From the NCBI RefSeq assembly GCF_001194135.2, contig NC_068994.1, positions 48,334,233 to 48,398,232 on the forward strand: a stretch of 64,000 bases of DNA, written 5' to 3'. This DNA comes from Octopus bimaculoides (lineage: Eukaryota). Of the stretch, positions 39,052 to 51,300 are shown piece by piece. A program made the position numbers and the translations under genes. Below the pieces are notes generated by a model, which did no database searches, was not told the origin of the DNA, and saw nothing but the letters and a program-made list of their open reading frames with translations. Every line of letters begins with the position of its first letter. Position 1 is the first letter of the stretch.

Positions 39052-40467
39052 CTGGAGGCAGTAATTATTCATGGTGGTGGTGGTGGCAGTGATGATCATC
39101 ATTGGAATAAGAAAGAAAAAGGGGAAAAAAAAGGACTCTGAGTTAAATGAGTTGAAGTGAATGAAGTGAGTGTGGCTGAGAATAATTCTTTTCTTCATTT
39201 TTAGTGAATCAATCAGCAACCCTGCCCATCGCCAAAAAAAAAATTTAGGATTTGGTGAAGTTGAAGAAGTGATTAAATGTGTATGTGCTGTGTATATGTA
39301 TCTGTGAATTTGAGTGTGTGTGTGTGTGTGTGTGTAAGAGACGAGAAAGAAGATGTTTAAGGAGAATAGGAATAGATGTGTGGGTCTGGGTGATCTTTGG
39401 TCTAAGACATATAACTATGATTACTAACGAAACTAAAACAATCCAGGATTTCCAGAGTGAGCAAAACGAATATGTAGATGTGATGTCATTATTACAGATT
39501 TCTTTGTTAAATTGTCTAATTTATATTACACTCACATACACACAATGAGCAAAAAAGGAAGTCCTAAAAGGAGCAAGTTTTAACTGTATTTGTTAAATGT
39601 TTAAAAGGAAGGGAAAGGGTTTTGACATTTCGGACGCTAATCCTTCATCGCCCACCCAAAATAAAAGAATGGAAAAATATAAAGAAGGAGGAAGGTGGTA
39701 GCAAAGAAAGAAAATGTGATTCTATGGGGAGGAGCTAGGAAGGGAGGAGGCAAGGCTGTATATAGGAAGATATCTATGTATAGAGGCGGACATAGGGGAG
39801 GTGTGCGAGTGTAAGAGTGAAGTGGATTGGGGTAGGGGGATGTGGGAGGAAGGTTCAGTAAGGCTTCTCAGATTCTCCCTTCTGTACATTAGTGATGTAC
39901 TTACAATCACTTCTAATAACACACGCTCCAGTTTATATCATTCTTTACTCCTTAATCTTTCACAAACATCTGTCTCCGTAACGAATCCAAGGAAATGGTC
40001 TCAACGTTATCACTCGACCTATTAGAAAGAACAGCCAAATCTCCATCGATTCACACCTCATTCTCTTAAAAAAAAAACGGTACATTGGATAATGTACTCC
40101 TCTTCGGTTCCCTGTACAGAAGAAAGTACAGGACGGTCAAGGATGGAATGCTTTTGACCAAGAGTCTGCTCGATCACGGAAGACTTTGGAGTTAAAGCAC
40201 ATCAACCGAATTCATAAACTGTAAATCCACGTACTTTGCTTCCATTAAAAAAAAAACAAAAAAAACTATGAGAGAGCATCCTTCAATGGCAAAATGATTT
40301 CCATTGACCTCTGCAACAGTACAAATACCCAATCGCATACGTCACATCTTTTCCACACATGAACATCGCACAGTACTTGAAAAGCACTTGAAATTTTAGG
40401 CATCACAACCTCTGTGTGTGTGTGTGTGTGTGTGTGCACTGTTAAAAGTTATTGAGCAGTTACTCAC

Positions 40468-40581
40468 GTTTCAGTTTGACAGTTAGTAGGTCTGAAGCGT
40501 CATCGGACAGTGTTCTCAGCTTACCAGTGCGCATGCCTGGAGTCCACAATATTCCGCGCACAGTATGATATTTTATTATTG
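40468..40581 (-). CDS. FAS1 protein B, exon 5
   Basis: ctttcgtctctag acceptor. Translates AIIKYHTVRGILWTPGMRTGKLRTLSDDASDLLTVKLK. C|gtgagt donor. 114 nt, the same as paralog exon 58745-58858. Confidence 0.92.
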
Positions 40582-41103
40582 CTAGAGACGAAAGAGACAA
40601 AAGGAAAATTTGTTACTTTGAGATAAGAATTTTCTAAAATTGTCGCACCAAACAAGGCCCGTGCTAAAATTTAAAGTCAATAGCAGCTTGTAGAACATGC
40701 GAAGACTCTCAACCAGTTCAGAAACAAGCAAGAGCAAGATCTCCGGCTTCGCAATGAGGTGGGTTGCTATTTCGGAATTTTCTTCTCCTACAGAGATGTC
40801 TAAACAAAGTCTAGGGATCTCTCACTCCCATCTGTATGATGGCCGTTGACACTACTGAGTTTATCCTCCTTTGGCAGGTCTTGTTTGTCATCGTACAGGA
40901 TGATCCAACGAAAACCACTCTCCTTATTAAGCAAGCTCGGTAGGGTTACCGGTTTTGTTGCTGACGGCCCGATCATGCGACAAATTGTACTGTGTTACAT
41001 TTAACCAGTAGCACTAAAAGTGATCTGACATATACATACATACGCACATACATACATACATACAAACAAGCAAAAATGCATACACATATTTTTTAACGTA
41101 TCT

Positions 41104-41484
41104 TGTTGGCACTCCGTCGCTTACGACGTCGAGGGTTCCAGCTGATCCAATCAACGGAACAGCCTGCTCGTGAAATTAACGTGCAAGTGGCTGAGCACTC
41201 CACAGACACGTGTACCCTTAACGTAGTTCTCTGGGATATTCAGCGTGACACAGTGTGACAAGGCTAGCTCTGTGAAATACAGGTACAACAGAAACAGGAA
41301 GAAAGAGTGAGAGAAAGTTGTGGTGGAAGAGTACAGCAAGGTTCGTCACCATCCCCTGCTGGAGCCTCGTAGGAGCTTTAGGTGTTTTCGCTCAATAAAC
41401 ACTCACAACGCCCGGTCTGGGAATCGAAACCGCGATCCTATGACCGCGAGTCCGCTGCCCTAACCACTGGGCCATTGCGCCTCC
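41104..41484 (-). mobile_element. Second near-identical copy of the same tRNA-derived SINE, 11-bp TSD
   Basis: Aligns end to end with 30583-30983. TSD TTAACGTATCT at 41093-41103 and 41485-41495. Confidence 0.9.
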
Positions 41485-41677
41485 TTAACGTATCTATATA
41501 CGTTAAAAAATATATACAGGCACATATATATGTGTGTGTCTACGCTTGTAAAAGAAGGTAAATTAGTCTGCCATGAGAATTAATCATTAATGTCTTGCAC
41601 AGAGCATATCTCAACTTTCACCCTTACACACAAATCGCATATTTCAGTACCCGATAGAAAGGAGCATAGTATATTCC

Positions 41678-41893
41678 TTTCTACCATTGGCACAAGGTCT
41701 GAAATTTCTTCCGGGAAGAGCTGGTCGATTACATCAACCCCAGTGCTTAACTGGTACTTATTTTATCTGCCCCGAAAGGATGAAAAGCAAAGTCGATCTC
41801 GGTGCAATTTGAATTCAGAACGTAAAGTGCCGGAAGAAATACCACTAAACATTTCGTCCGCTGCGCTAACGATTCAGCTAGCTCGTCGCTTTA
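41678..41893 (-). mobile_element. Abundant SINE family copy
   Basis: Reverse complement of the gagctggcagaatcgttag family, well conserved. Confidence 0.8.
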
Positions 41894-41916
41894 AAGAAGC
41901 GTCATATAATATACTT

Positions 41917-41952
<36 letters not shown>

Positions 41953-42800
41953 NNNNNNNNNNNNNNNNNNNNNNNNNNNNNNNNNNNNNNNNNNNNNNNN
42001 NNNNNNNNNNNNNNNNNNNNNNNNNNNNNNNNNNNNNNNNNNNNNNNNNNNNNNNNNNNNNNNNNNNNNNNNNNNNNNNNNNNNNNNNNNNNNNNNNNNN
42101 NNNNNNNNNNNNNNNNNNNNNNNNNNNNNNNNNNNNNNNNNNNNNNNNNNNNNNNNNNNNNNNNNNNNNNNNNNNNNNNNNNNNNNNNNNNNNNNNNNNN
42201 NNNNNNNNNNNNNNNNNNNNNNNNNAAAAAAAAAAAAAAAAAAAAAATAAAATAAAGGCAAAACACTTGTAAAACAGAAAAATATCTGCAAGAGTGTTTG
42301 ATGTTTTTATGGTATTTAGCGAACATCAAATATCAAAGCGTCTTGAATATTTGAATATTTTAGTATTAGATGTTATTTCGCTTGTCTAATGAGATTGCTA
42401 ATTCAGTCGAAATCGTCTAAAGTCTGAGCATAACTACTTGTATGTTGGATAGTTTGTAAATCTTTACGGAAAAACGTAGAAGTTTCTCTCTCTCTCTCTC
42501 CCTCTGTTGTTTTTGCGTGTGAATGTGTGTGTTTATGCATATGTATATATATATGTGTGTGTGTGTGTGTGAGTATAAAATTTATATAATGTGTATACAC
42601 ACACACACACATATGTAATCTCATAACAGCCAATTTATGCTACCGAACGGTTTCATGCTGAGCCATGCCCGATAATTTTTTTTTCTTATGAAAACTTATT
42701 GGAGAACTACACGCCTCTCGCATACGTACAAACACACACACATACATAGTACCCTTAACTCAGTTGGACATATAGCAAGAATATTTAGAGCTTCACTTAC

Positions 42801-42899
42801 CGTCCTTTAAGGCTGGATCAGCTTGAATCTGGGGAATGGTACTGGAGGGTTGATTCTGAAAAGCAGCGTTATTTGGTGCGAACAGCGTCAGTAAATTAT
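42801..42899 (-). CDS. FAS1 protein B, exon 4 (FAS1 domain 2 H1 motif)
   Basis: gttttag acceptor. Translates NLLTLFAPNNAAFQNQPSSTIPQIQADPALKD. G|gtaagt donor. 99 nt, phase 1/1, the same size as the paralogous exon 60302-60400. Confidence 0.92.
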
Positions 42900-43269
42900 C
42901 TAAAACGAGATATATATAAATGTATATACAGACATACATATACATGGATACATACGAAGATCTCTCTCTCTCTTTATCTTTGAACAGCTTTCTTTCAAAC
43001 ATGTATTTAAGAAACCACTATTATTTTTGAGTTTTCATATTTCCTCATTAGTTCCACTCTGTTCAGTTTAGAACAATAGCGTCCCTAAATTCATTAGTTC
43101 ATTAATTTCGAAGTTACCTCAGCTCCATCCTAAGCATGAAATGATTGCACAACGTCGTGTTCTCGCGCGTTTTGCTTTGGGTCGCAATGAATATATAATC
43201 AACCAGCCTGATGGGATCAATTTTGCTTTTTCACGTTAGACATATAGAATTCCGTGAATGTAGATCTGA

Positions 43270-43500
43270 GAGAGAACCCTACAACCACTCCATTTTTCTT
43301 GATGTATAGATTGTCTTGCGTCAACGTAAAGAGAACTCAGTTGTGCAGGTCACTAAAAACTTTCCAAGTTTGTTAATTAGTGTCGGATGCCAAAATAGCT
43401 TGTGTGGGATTGTGCTGATAGTTTCCGTTACTTGGACGTTTGTAAAGAAACTTTCAACGTTCGTGGCAGAAATATTCCAAAATTCATCTGTTTCATGTTG
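43270..43500 (-). mobile_element. Possible decayed hAT transposase C-terminal (dimerisation) fragment
   Basis: Reads ...DEFWNI...PTLINKLGKFLVTCTTEFSLR*RKT..., loosely like the hAT FP.L..L....LT......ER.FS.L...KT motif. Weak. Confidence 0.3.
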
Positions 43501-44048
43501 AATTTTGAGAAATTCTCTACACGATTTTAATTTGAAGCGCTCCGATAAGTATTTCTTTATGATACTCTCTGACTCTTTTGCAATTTTGCTTGCGTTTGTA
43601 CTTTTTTTTTATAGCTAGTTTACAACATTCAATCTGTAGATGGTTAATACTATTAATAAATATCAAATGGATTAATAAATATCAAATGGATTAATAAATA
43701 TCAAATAGACCCTGCTTTAGAATTTTATCAATTTGAATTTGTTAAATACCATTTAACTTTTTACTTTTCGTAGTTTATTTTATATTCTAAGTTCATATTG
43801 AGACTGCCTCCAGAAAACCGGCATATCCAGAAATCCGGGACACTGCCGGTCCCAAGCTTGCCGGATAATTGATCCGGAACTGTATAAAGAATAAATTTCT
43901 GAGAGAAATTATTGAGGGATGAAATCAGCATGAGAAATAACAAAATGCCTTTCTAGAATTTGTGTGACTTGGGAGGACAAGCAAGAAAACTACAAATACA
44001 CATATACACACTCACACATGTACACGCACGCACACGCATGCACATGCA

Positions 44049-44101
<53 letters not shown>

Positions 44102-44456
44102 NNNNNNNNNNNNNNNNNNNNNNNNNNNNNNNNNNNNNNNNNNNNNNNNNNNNNNNNNNNNNNNNNNNNNNNNNNNNNNNNNNNNNNNNNNNNNNNNNNN
44201 NNNNNNNNNNNNNNNNNNNNNNNNNNNNNNNNNNNNNNNNNNNNNNNNNNNNNNNNNNNNNNNNNNNNNNNNNNNNNNNNNNNNNNNNNNNNNNNNNNNN
44301 NNNNNNNNNNNNNNNNNNNNNNNNNNNNNNNNNNNNNNNNNNNNNNNNNNNNNNNNNNNNNNNNNNNNNNNNNNNNNNNNNNNNNNNNNNNNNNNNNNNN
44401 NNNNNNNNNNNNNNNNNNNNNNNNNNNNNNNNNNNNNNNNNNNNNNNNNNNNNNNN
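44102..44456. other. Assembly gap (N run) inside FAS1 gene B, probably hiding an exon
   Basis: One of many N runs bordered by microsatellites. It lies between exons whose phases (0 out, 1 in) are incompatible without an intervening exon. Confidence 0.7.
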
Positions 44457-45128
44457 AAAATTGAGGAGCCAATGAGTCTCTACTGCGAAAAAGTACGTGT
44501 TGACAAATATATCGAAACCATTTGCTGACGCTGTGTTCTACTGTTTTATCCACCGAAATGCATATCGAATGCTTATATGTTTTTTTTTTAAATATCTAAT
44601 TTGTAATGCACTGTTTATCGCATTAAATGCATATTGAATGCTTAAAACTACAAAAGACGTGTTGTTTACTCATTTTCCGCGTGTAGAATACAAATATTGA
44701 CAACACATGCTATTTTCAGGATGTTGACAAAATGTGTTGTCACGCACAAAATGAAAGCTTCCCAATCCTGTTTCGTGACTAGATGAAAATGATCAAATTC
44801 TATAACTTTTAAAATATTTTTCTGGAAAAAGTGAAATAACTCCAGCAATTCAGCTTGGAAAACTACATTAATGTACTAAATTTTAAAATTTTCGATATAC
44901 TTTAAATTTTGAAACTATGACAGCCAAACGGAAAAGATCCCGTAACTGTCTCTCATTGGATAAAGCAGTACTAGATACACTGTGTCAGATAAAATACAAC
45001 ATGGTCACGAATGCAATGCTTTTGATCATAGATCTACACGATTAGGGCTGTACTAGAACTAGCCAAGAACGACAACAATGACTACAAGTGGAACAACAAC
45101 AACAAGTATAGTAAGAGCAGTTACTCAC

Positions 45129-45343
45129 ATGTTGAAATTTATATACATTTATTCTGATTTCATCGTCTTGCAAAGACCTCAGCGTCTTATCATTGATGAG
45201 GTCAGAATGCTTGTAAACTCCCAACGCAATATGGTATTTGATGATCTCCTCAAGGCGAGCTGTGTCGTTATTCAAGGCTTCGACTGTAGCAGCACTCAAT
45301 TCAGATATAGCTCGGTTGTTCGGGGCGAAGATTGTGTACGTTC
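45129..45343 (-). CDS. FAS1 protein B, exon 2 (FAS1 domain 1: H1 and YH motifs)
   Basis: ttttctgtag acceptor. Translates GTYTIFAPNNRAI...LEEIIKYHIALG...IRINVYKFQH. CAT|gtgagt donor. Confidence 0.93.
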
Positions 45344-47371
45344 CTACAGAAAAGTGTCAGCGAGTGACGGTGAGATGGGAAAATAAAATATAAATAAATT
45401 CAAGCGATGCGAAACTAAATAAGATATTTTAGACATATGATATATTCTAATATATGTTATCTTTGCTTACCCTATATGTCTTCCTCTCTCTGTCTCCATA
45501 TATGCATGTACACATACACATTAGGCGGTGGTTCAGTTTAAGTAGAGACAAAAAGTATGAAAGCTATTAAAACAAAAACTATTTCGATTTCTTTTCGACA
45601 TCCTCTAACACATAGAATATGAAAAAGGGTTATATGTATANNNNNNNNNNNNNNNNNNNNNNNNNNNNNNNNNNNNNNNNNNNNNNNNNNNNNNNNNNNN
45701 NNNNNNNNNNNNNTATGCAGTCGGTGGGGGGGTCACTAATACTATCTCAATTTTGTTTTCGGGAAGTACAGGAGATAACTCCGTATATGCTTCCGTGTCA
45801 TTCTGCTTTCATCAGCGAAGAGTAGCTTCCACCGCACATACTGAGATAGTGATAAACGAATCACTAGGTTGATGTACAAGATTGCTCATCAGCTGACGAA
45901 GGAAAATATTATGGTTTGAAGATTAAATAATTCAGACATCATTCGAAGAAAAAAAAAAAGCCACAGAAGAAGTATGTACAATAGTCACCTGACCCATTAG
46001 TCAATTCTCCATCAACTGATACCGTACAGTCTCGAAAAAGGAAGGACACATTGAATAAAAGATTCTTAGAAACTTCTAAAAGAGGCTTGGGACACAATTG
46101 AAATGCCTTTCACCGCAGTTATTCTCGATTAGTGTTTGTTCTGACGCTAAACAATAGTTAAGTAAGGCAGTTAATATAAAGTGTGTTAAAAGAGCATTCT
46201 ATAAAATTTTTAGTCAGAATTTCACATAGTGTCTGCAGTGACTGACAAGTTCTGATTTTTTTATATTCAATCCATTCCAAACTTGGAACTACACACACAC
46301 ACACACACACACACACATACTGGTGGCGCCCAAGCATAGCCACAGCCTTAGGGCTGAAACATATAAATGAGTAAAAAAATATGTATGTATGCGTGTTTAC
46401 GCGCGTGCATGTGTATATACACATGTATGTGTGTCCGTGTGTGTGTGTGGTATAAGTCAAAAGAAAAGCAAGATTTATAGAAAACCGGAAAATGATTGAT
46501 ATTAATTAGCTTCCAGCAACTACATATCACACGCACACATTCTTACATACTCATGTATAAGTTTTAAAAATTAGAAATATAATCTAAACAACTAAAGGAC
46601 CAACATAGTACTCTGGCGGAGTAAAATACAAGAACAAATCCCCCTTTCCTACAATAAATAATCAATCCCGTTGTGGTGGTGGGTTTTACAGGTTACGAAC
46701 CAGCAATCTCTTGTTCGGCCACGTTCTCAAATCCAAATAGACTAAATCAAACAATATATGTAAAAAACAAATAGAAACAGAGTCGGAGGGAAACGGTGGC
46801 CGTCTGCTTCAGCAAAGACTATGGATTTAAATTCGCAAATTTGAATAAATTTGTATACTATAATGCAGACCCAAGAGGCCCGACATGCGAATGGGGACCT
46901 GTAAACATCTGACAGGCCCCTCTCAAACCCCCACCCTAAAAGAACTTACAGCACCCATGAATTTTGCATTCATACCCGAAACGGACCAAGACTGCTTCGG
47001 GGATAAGAGGAGGAGAATAGCATTTCCTTCCTCTTATCCTCGAAGCAGTCTCGTTCCGCCTTGCAAAATTTCTCCAGAAGGAATTTCCGTGGGAGCGTGA
47101 ATACTGATGCTTCAGACGAAGCGTTCCTTCGGTAAAACAATTTAAACCGAACATTTTTTTCCTCTGAAGAAAATTTTGCCCGAAACCCTAATATTCACGT
47201 CTTCGTCCCTTCCCACCACGGATTACATAGTCGTAAAAAAATTGGCAAATTTCACTTAATACATGTACCTGTTTGATACGCACAAACGCAAAACACATTC
47301 AAACATTTAGAACGTACAACAGAAAGCAAAGCTCTTACAAAATGTAGAAAACAAATATAAATTATATTCAC

Positions 47372-47528
47372 CGGACCAGGGCAAATTATCAAGAATGGAA
47401 GTTTCGTTCAAAAATGATACGATTTGTGATAAACCGTGCATATTAAACATAGCTTCCTTTAATGTTCCGTTAAAAACCTTCGTTGCTTGGGTACATAGGA
47501 GACATGACAAAAACAGAAGCAGCTTCAT
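47372..47528 (-). CDS. Secreted fasciclin (FAS1) domain protein B, exon 1 (signal peptide)
   Basis: Translates MKLLLFLSCLLCTQATKVFNGTLKEAMFNMHGLSQIVSFLNETSILDNLPWS, with a hydrophobic N-terminal signal-like peptide. TCC G|gtgaat donor, phase 1, fits the next exon. Confidence 0.8.
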
Positions 47529-47884
47529 GACTTTTTTTTTCTGATTTTCTTTGCCCTGCGTTTCTGTTTTTATTTTTTTTTTGTTATTGGTTTATTTCTA
47601 ACATCTAGCAGGCGATCGTAATTGAATAATTTTATAAGTCTGTAGGAGTATATATATATATATATATATATACATACACATACATATGTATATATATAAA
47701 TATGTGTGTGTGTGCATGTGCGTGTACATGCGTGTGTCTGTGTGTATACACATATACATGTATACATATATGCACACACACACACATACGGACACACATT
47801 TATACACACACACGCGCACAAATATGTGTATATATGTATATATATATATGCGTATCTATGCATATGTATGTGCGTACATATGTA

Positions 47885-47920
<36 letters not shown>

Positions 47921-48044
47921 TTTATATGTGTATATGTATATGGGTATATATGTACATGTATATATTGAAATAATTGTAATATTTTTTTGTTAGTGTCGTT
48001 GTTTTCCTGCTGTAGTTAATCTTATTACGAGATATTAACAGATA

Positions 48045-48092
<48 letters not shown>

Positions 48093-48306
48093 CATGAATA
48101 TATGCATACATACATACATACATACGTGTGTATGCGTATATGTATACATATNNNNNNNNNNNNNNNNNNNNNNNNNNNNNNNNNNNNNNNNNNNNNNNNN
48201 NNNNNNNNNNNNNNNNNNNNNNNNNNNNNNNNNNNNNNNNNNNNNNNNNNNNATATATATGTATATATGTACACACACATATATATGCACACACGCACTC
48301 AATCAC

Positions 48307-48350
<44 letters not shown>

Positions 48351-51300
48351 TTATGGGTATAGGTGTACTCACGCCAGTACAACCTATATTTTTATTGACC
48401 TATTTATTCCCGAACTATCTATGTCAACCTGATAAGTGATGTGAGATTTCCAGGTGGTTAGCAAAACTTTTCACTTCAATTTGTAATTGCGTTTCATAAC
48501 AGTTTCTTCTCTCAAGCATCGCAGCCCGTTGTAAATCCCCCCCCCTAAAAACTACGTGAGCAAGTCTATATTCAAAACACCTTGAAGAATTCTGTTAAAA
48601 AAGATGGAATTCTTCACGATATCCCTCACCATGATCTCGACCTCGGCACCCCGATGTGATTACGTCCGCTTATTGGATTGGGTTGCCTGTGTTCAGTTCA
48701 CTGCTGAACGAAGGCCTCAACATGTTCTCCCCACCAAACACGGTCTGATATGGAGGCCGTGAATTTAAGCTTGAAATCATACTGGTCTGATGAATCTATT
48801 CTGCCTCACTGCTTCGACATGACTTAGCATAAAAATTCTATATAATTTTGAATGTTATTAAGTCTCCATAATAGTTTATGAAGTAAGCTGTTCCGCTAAA
48901 CACATGTTGGTTCGGGTTAAATACTTATTGTATTAATATCTGTCTATTTATTCTTGTTGGTGAAGATAACAGGTAGTAGAATTAATCATAGGACGAGACG
49001 AATCGTGTGTTTGCAACACGTTTTCAGTTTATCTTTGAAGCCACTTCATGAATCACATCCTCATAGCTCCTTTTAATGCAACGTTGATAGCTCCCTCTGT
49101 AGCGAGGCTCTCTCTGAGTTTTGAACCATCGCGTTCAGTCTCTCCTCAGTTCAGAAATACAGCCTATCGTTACGGCCATAAAAATTATGGCCAGTTATGA
49201 AAAATTAATTTTGTGGTCATAAAATACATTAACGCCTACGCGAAGATGGCTAATCAGAGCGGTTGGTGTGGAATTTCGCAAACCAGTTTTGTGAACCTTC
49301 GAGAAAAACTCCTTTGGATAATAAAAAAAGTTGGCGAACTGAAATCCCAGTCAGAGCTATCCAGTAGCTCACATGGAACCCTTGTGACCCTCCTCTTCGA
49401 AGTTTCATTACAGAACAACCCCTGGCGTTAGACGGGACTATGTCACTCAGTTCCATGACCGGTATTCTTTTTCTACTTGTTCTGCTTATCATTATGACCT
49501 GAAACAGTTTGATTCGGCTCCATGCAGCTTAAAGTTTCGTAGGGTCGTCACAGGACCCAAGCTCGTCGGGCTCAGACGGTCCTCTGAGCCTGACGAGCTA
49601 GGTACCTGTGACGACCCTACGAAACTTTAAGTTGCATGGAGCCGAATCGAATTCTTTTAAGTAATAATATATATAACTCCTACTAAATATGTTGAGTGCC
49701 TCTTTGTTTCATTTGTCCATTCACTCACGCGCGCACACACACACATATACACACTGTTGAAAGCCTTCTAAACTGTTGTATTTGTCTCGAGAAAGCTTCT
49801 CTTGTAGCCCTGTAGTGTTAAATACAGAGAAATATATCAGCAGCAGTCGAAAATAGCCCAGCACCGGAGGTGGTATTACTAGATCCGTATTTTTGCTTTT
49901 TAAAAGCTTTATCAATCGTAAATATCTACTGGAAACCGCATGTCAAACGAACATCAGCTGCCAGCTGAAATAGTTAAGCAGTAAATAAAAGGTCACTGAT
50001 GCCGCATTCATTTGGCAGGCCGAAAAATACTATTATTATCGACGGAAGCAGCATATGCTCAATATTTGCGATCTGTATATCAACTTAATGCATATATGCT
50101 GTTGAAAGCCTTCTAAACAATGGTATTCGTCTCTAGAAAACATCTCTTATAACAAGTATAGTGTTAAAATACGCAGAAATATATCAGTAGCAGGTGAAGA
50201 CTGCCCCTGCTATATCAGCATGTCTCCAAGCTCGTTTCTTTCACAGCAGTCACATCTTTATACTTCAGCAAAAGTTGGCTGACCTTGGTTCACATATCCT
50301 GACATAGATTTATGAAACGATGGCAAGTTGCAGTGATCCATTGTTCAGTCAGCTCTTCTTTCTCTATGTCATTGCTGTTGTTTCTGCAAAAACAAGAAAA
50401 TATTTCCAAATCCAGGCGAAATGTATCCATCAATTTCACTGTTGTGAACAAATGCAACAGTGAATGGATGGATTTGGTGAGGGGTATAGTCAATTATATC
50501 ACTCGAAGTACTTGAGTGGTGTGTCATTTTATCGACTCTCGGAAGAGTGAAAGGCACAGTTGATCACGACGGGGTTTGAACTTAGAACGTAGAGAACTTG
50601 TACAAATACCGCAAGGTATTTATTCCCGGCGCTCTAATGATTCTGCCAACCCACCAGTTTCCACGCTACGCTAAAGACTTCAAATATATGAGAACGTGAC
50701 ATGGTGATATGGAGGACTCACTGACTGACGATTAAACAAGTACTATTGCGTATTGTTGTTGTTTAGCCTCCAGGGTGGTCAATGAATGAGCATACCCATG
50801 ATTTAAGCCAATGCAGCCGTGACCATTCAGTCCTTTTGTCTATTTAGGACAACTATGTCCCAGAGAGCAGAATGTGATTTGAGGGAATTTGGCAGCTACT
50901 TTTAGCAGCAGATCGAGGGTGCGTGTAGGTGCTCCGTCTTTGGCTAAAATACGATTAGTGATAACCTTCTGTGCTGTCCCACGTTGAATTATTGCTTACT
51001 TGTGTTATTTTGAAACTGCACTTAAAGAGATATTCAGATTTAGATAACATCGTCGTTACAATACAGACAAAACAGATGGTGTTTTTGTTGTTTTTTCGTA
51101 TTTCGGTGCGTGTGATATTATTCTTTTTTTTTCTTTTTTTTTTTTAAAGCAGTGACCAGAGGAGGAAGAGAACAAGCAGTGCACATGTCCCGTAGATTCC
51201 TAAAACTAATGAGAATAATGAGGTTGGCGTTCAGTTCCAACTTCTGTTAGTATTTGCTTTTATCTTTATTTGTTTCAGTCCTTGGACTGCGGCCATGCTG

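Noticed and set aside
44457-44560. Candidate for the missing FAS1-B exon (reads NTASANGFDIFVNTYFF)
   Set aside because: No polypyrimidine acceptor, a stop immediately upstream, and no NGVxH motif.
45800-45910. CTGATGA/CTGACGA motifs on both strands
   Set aside because: No correctly placed GAAA with stem II and stem III, so not hammerheads.
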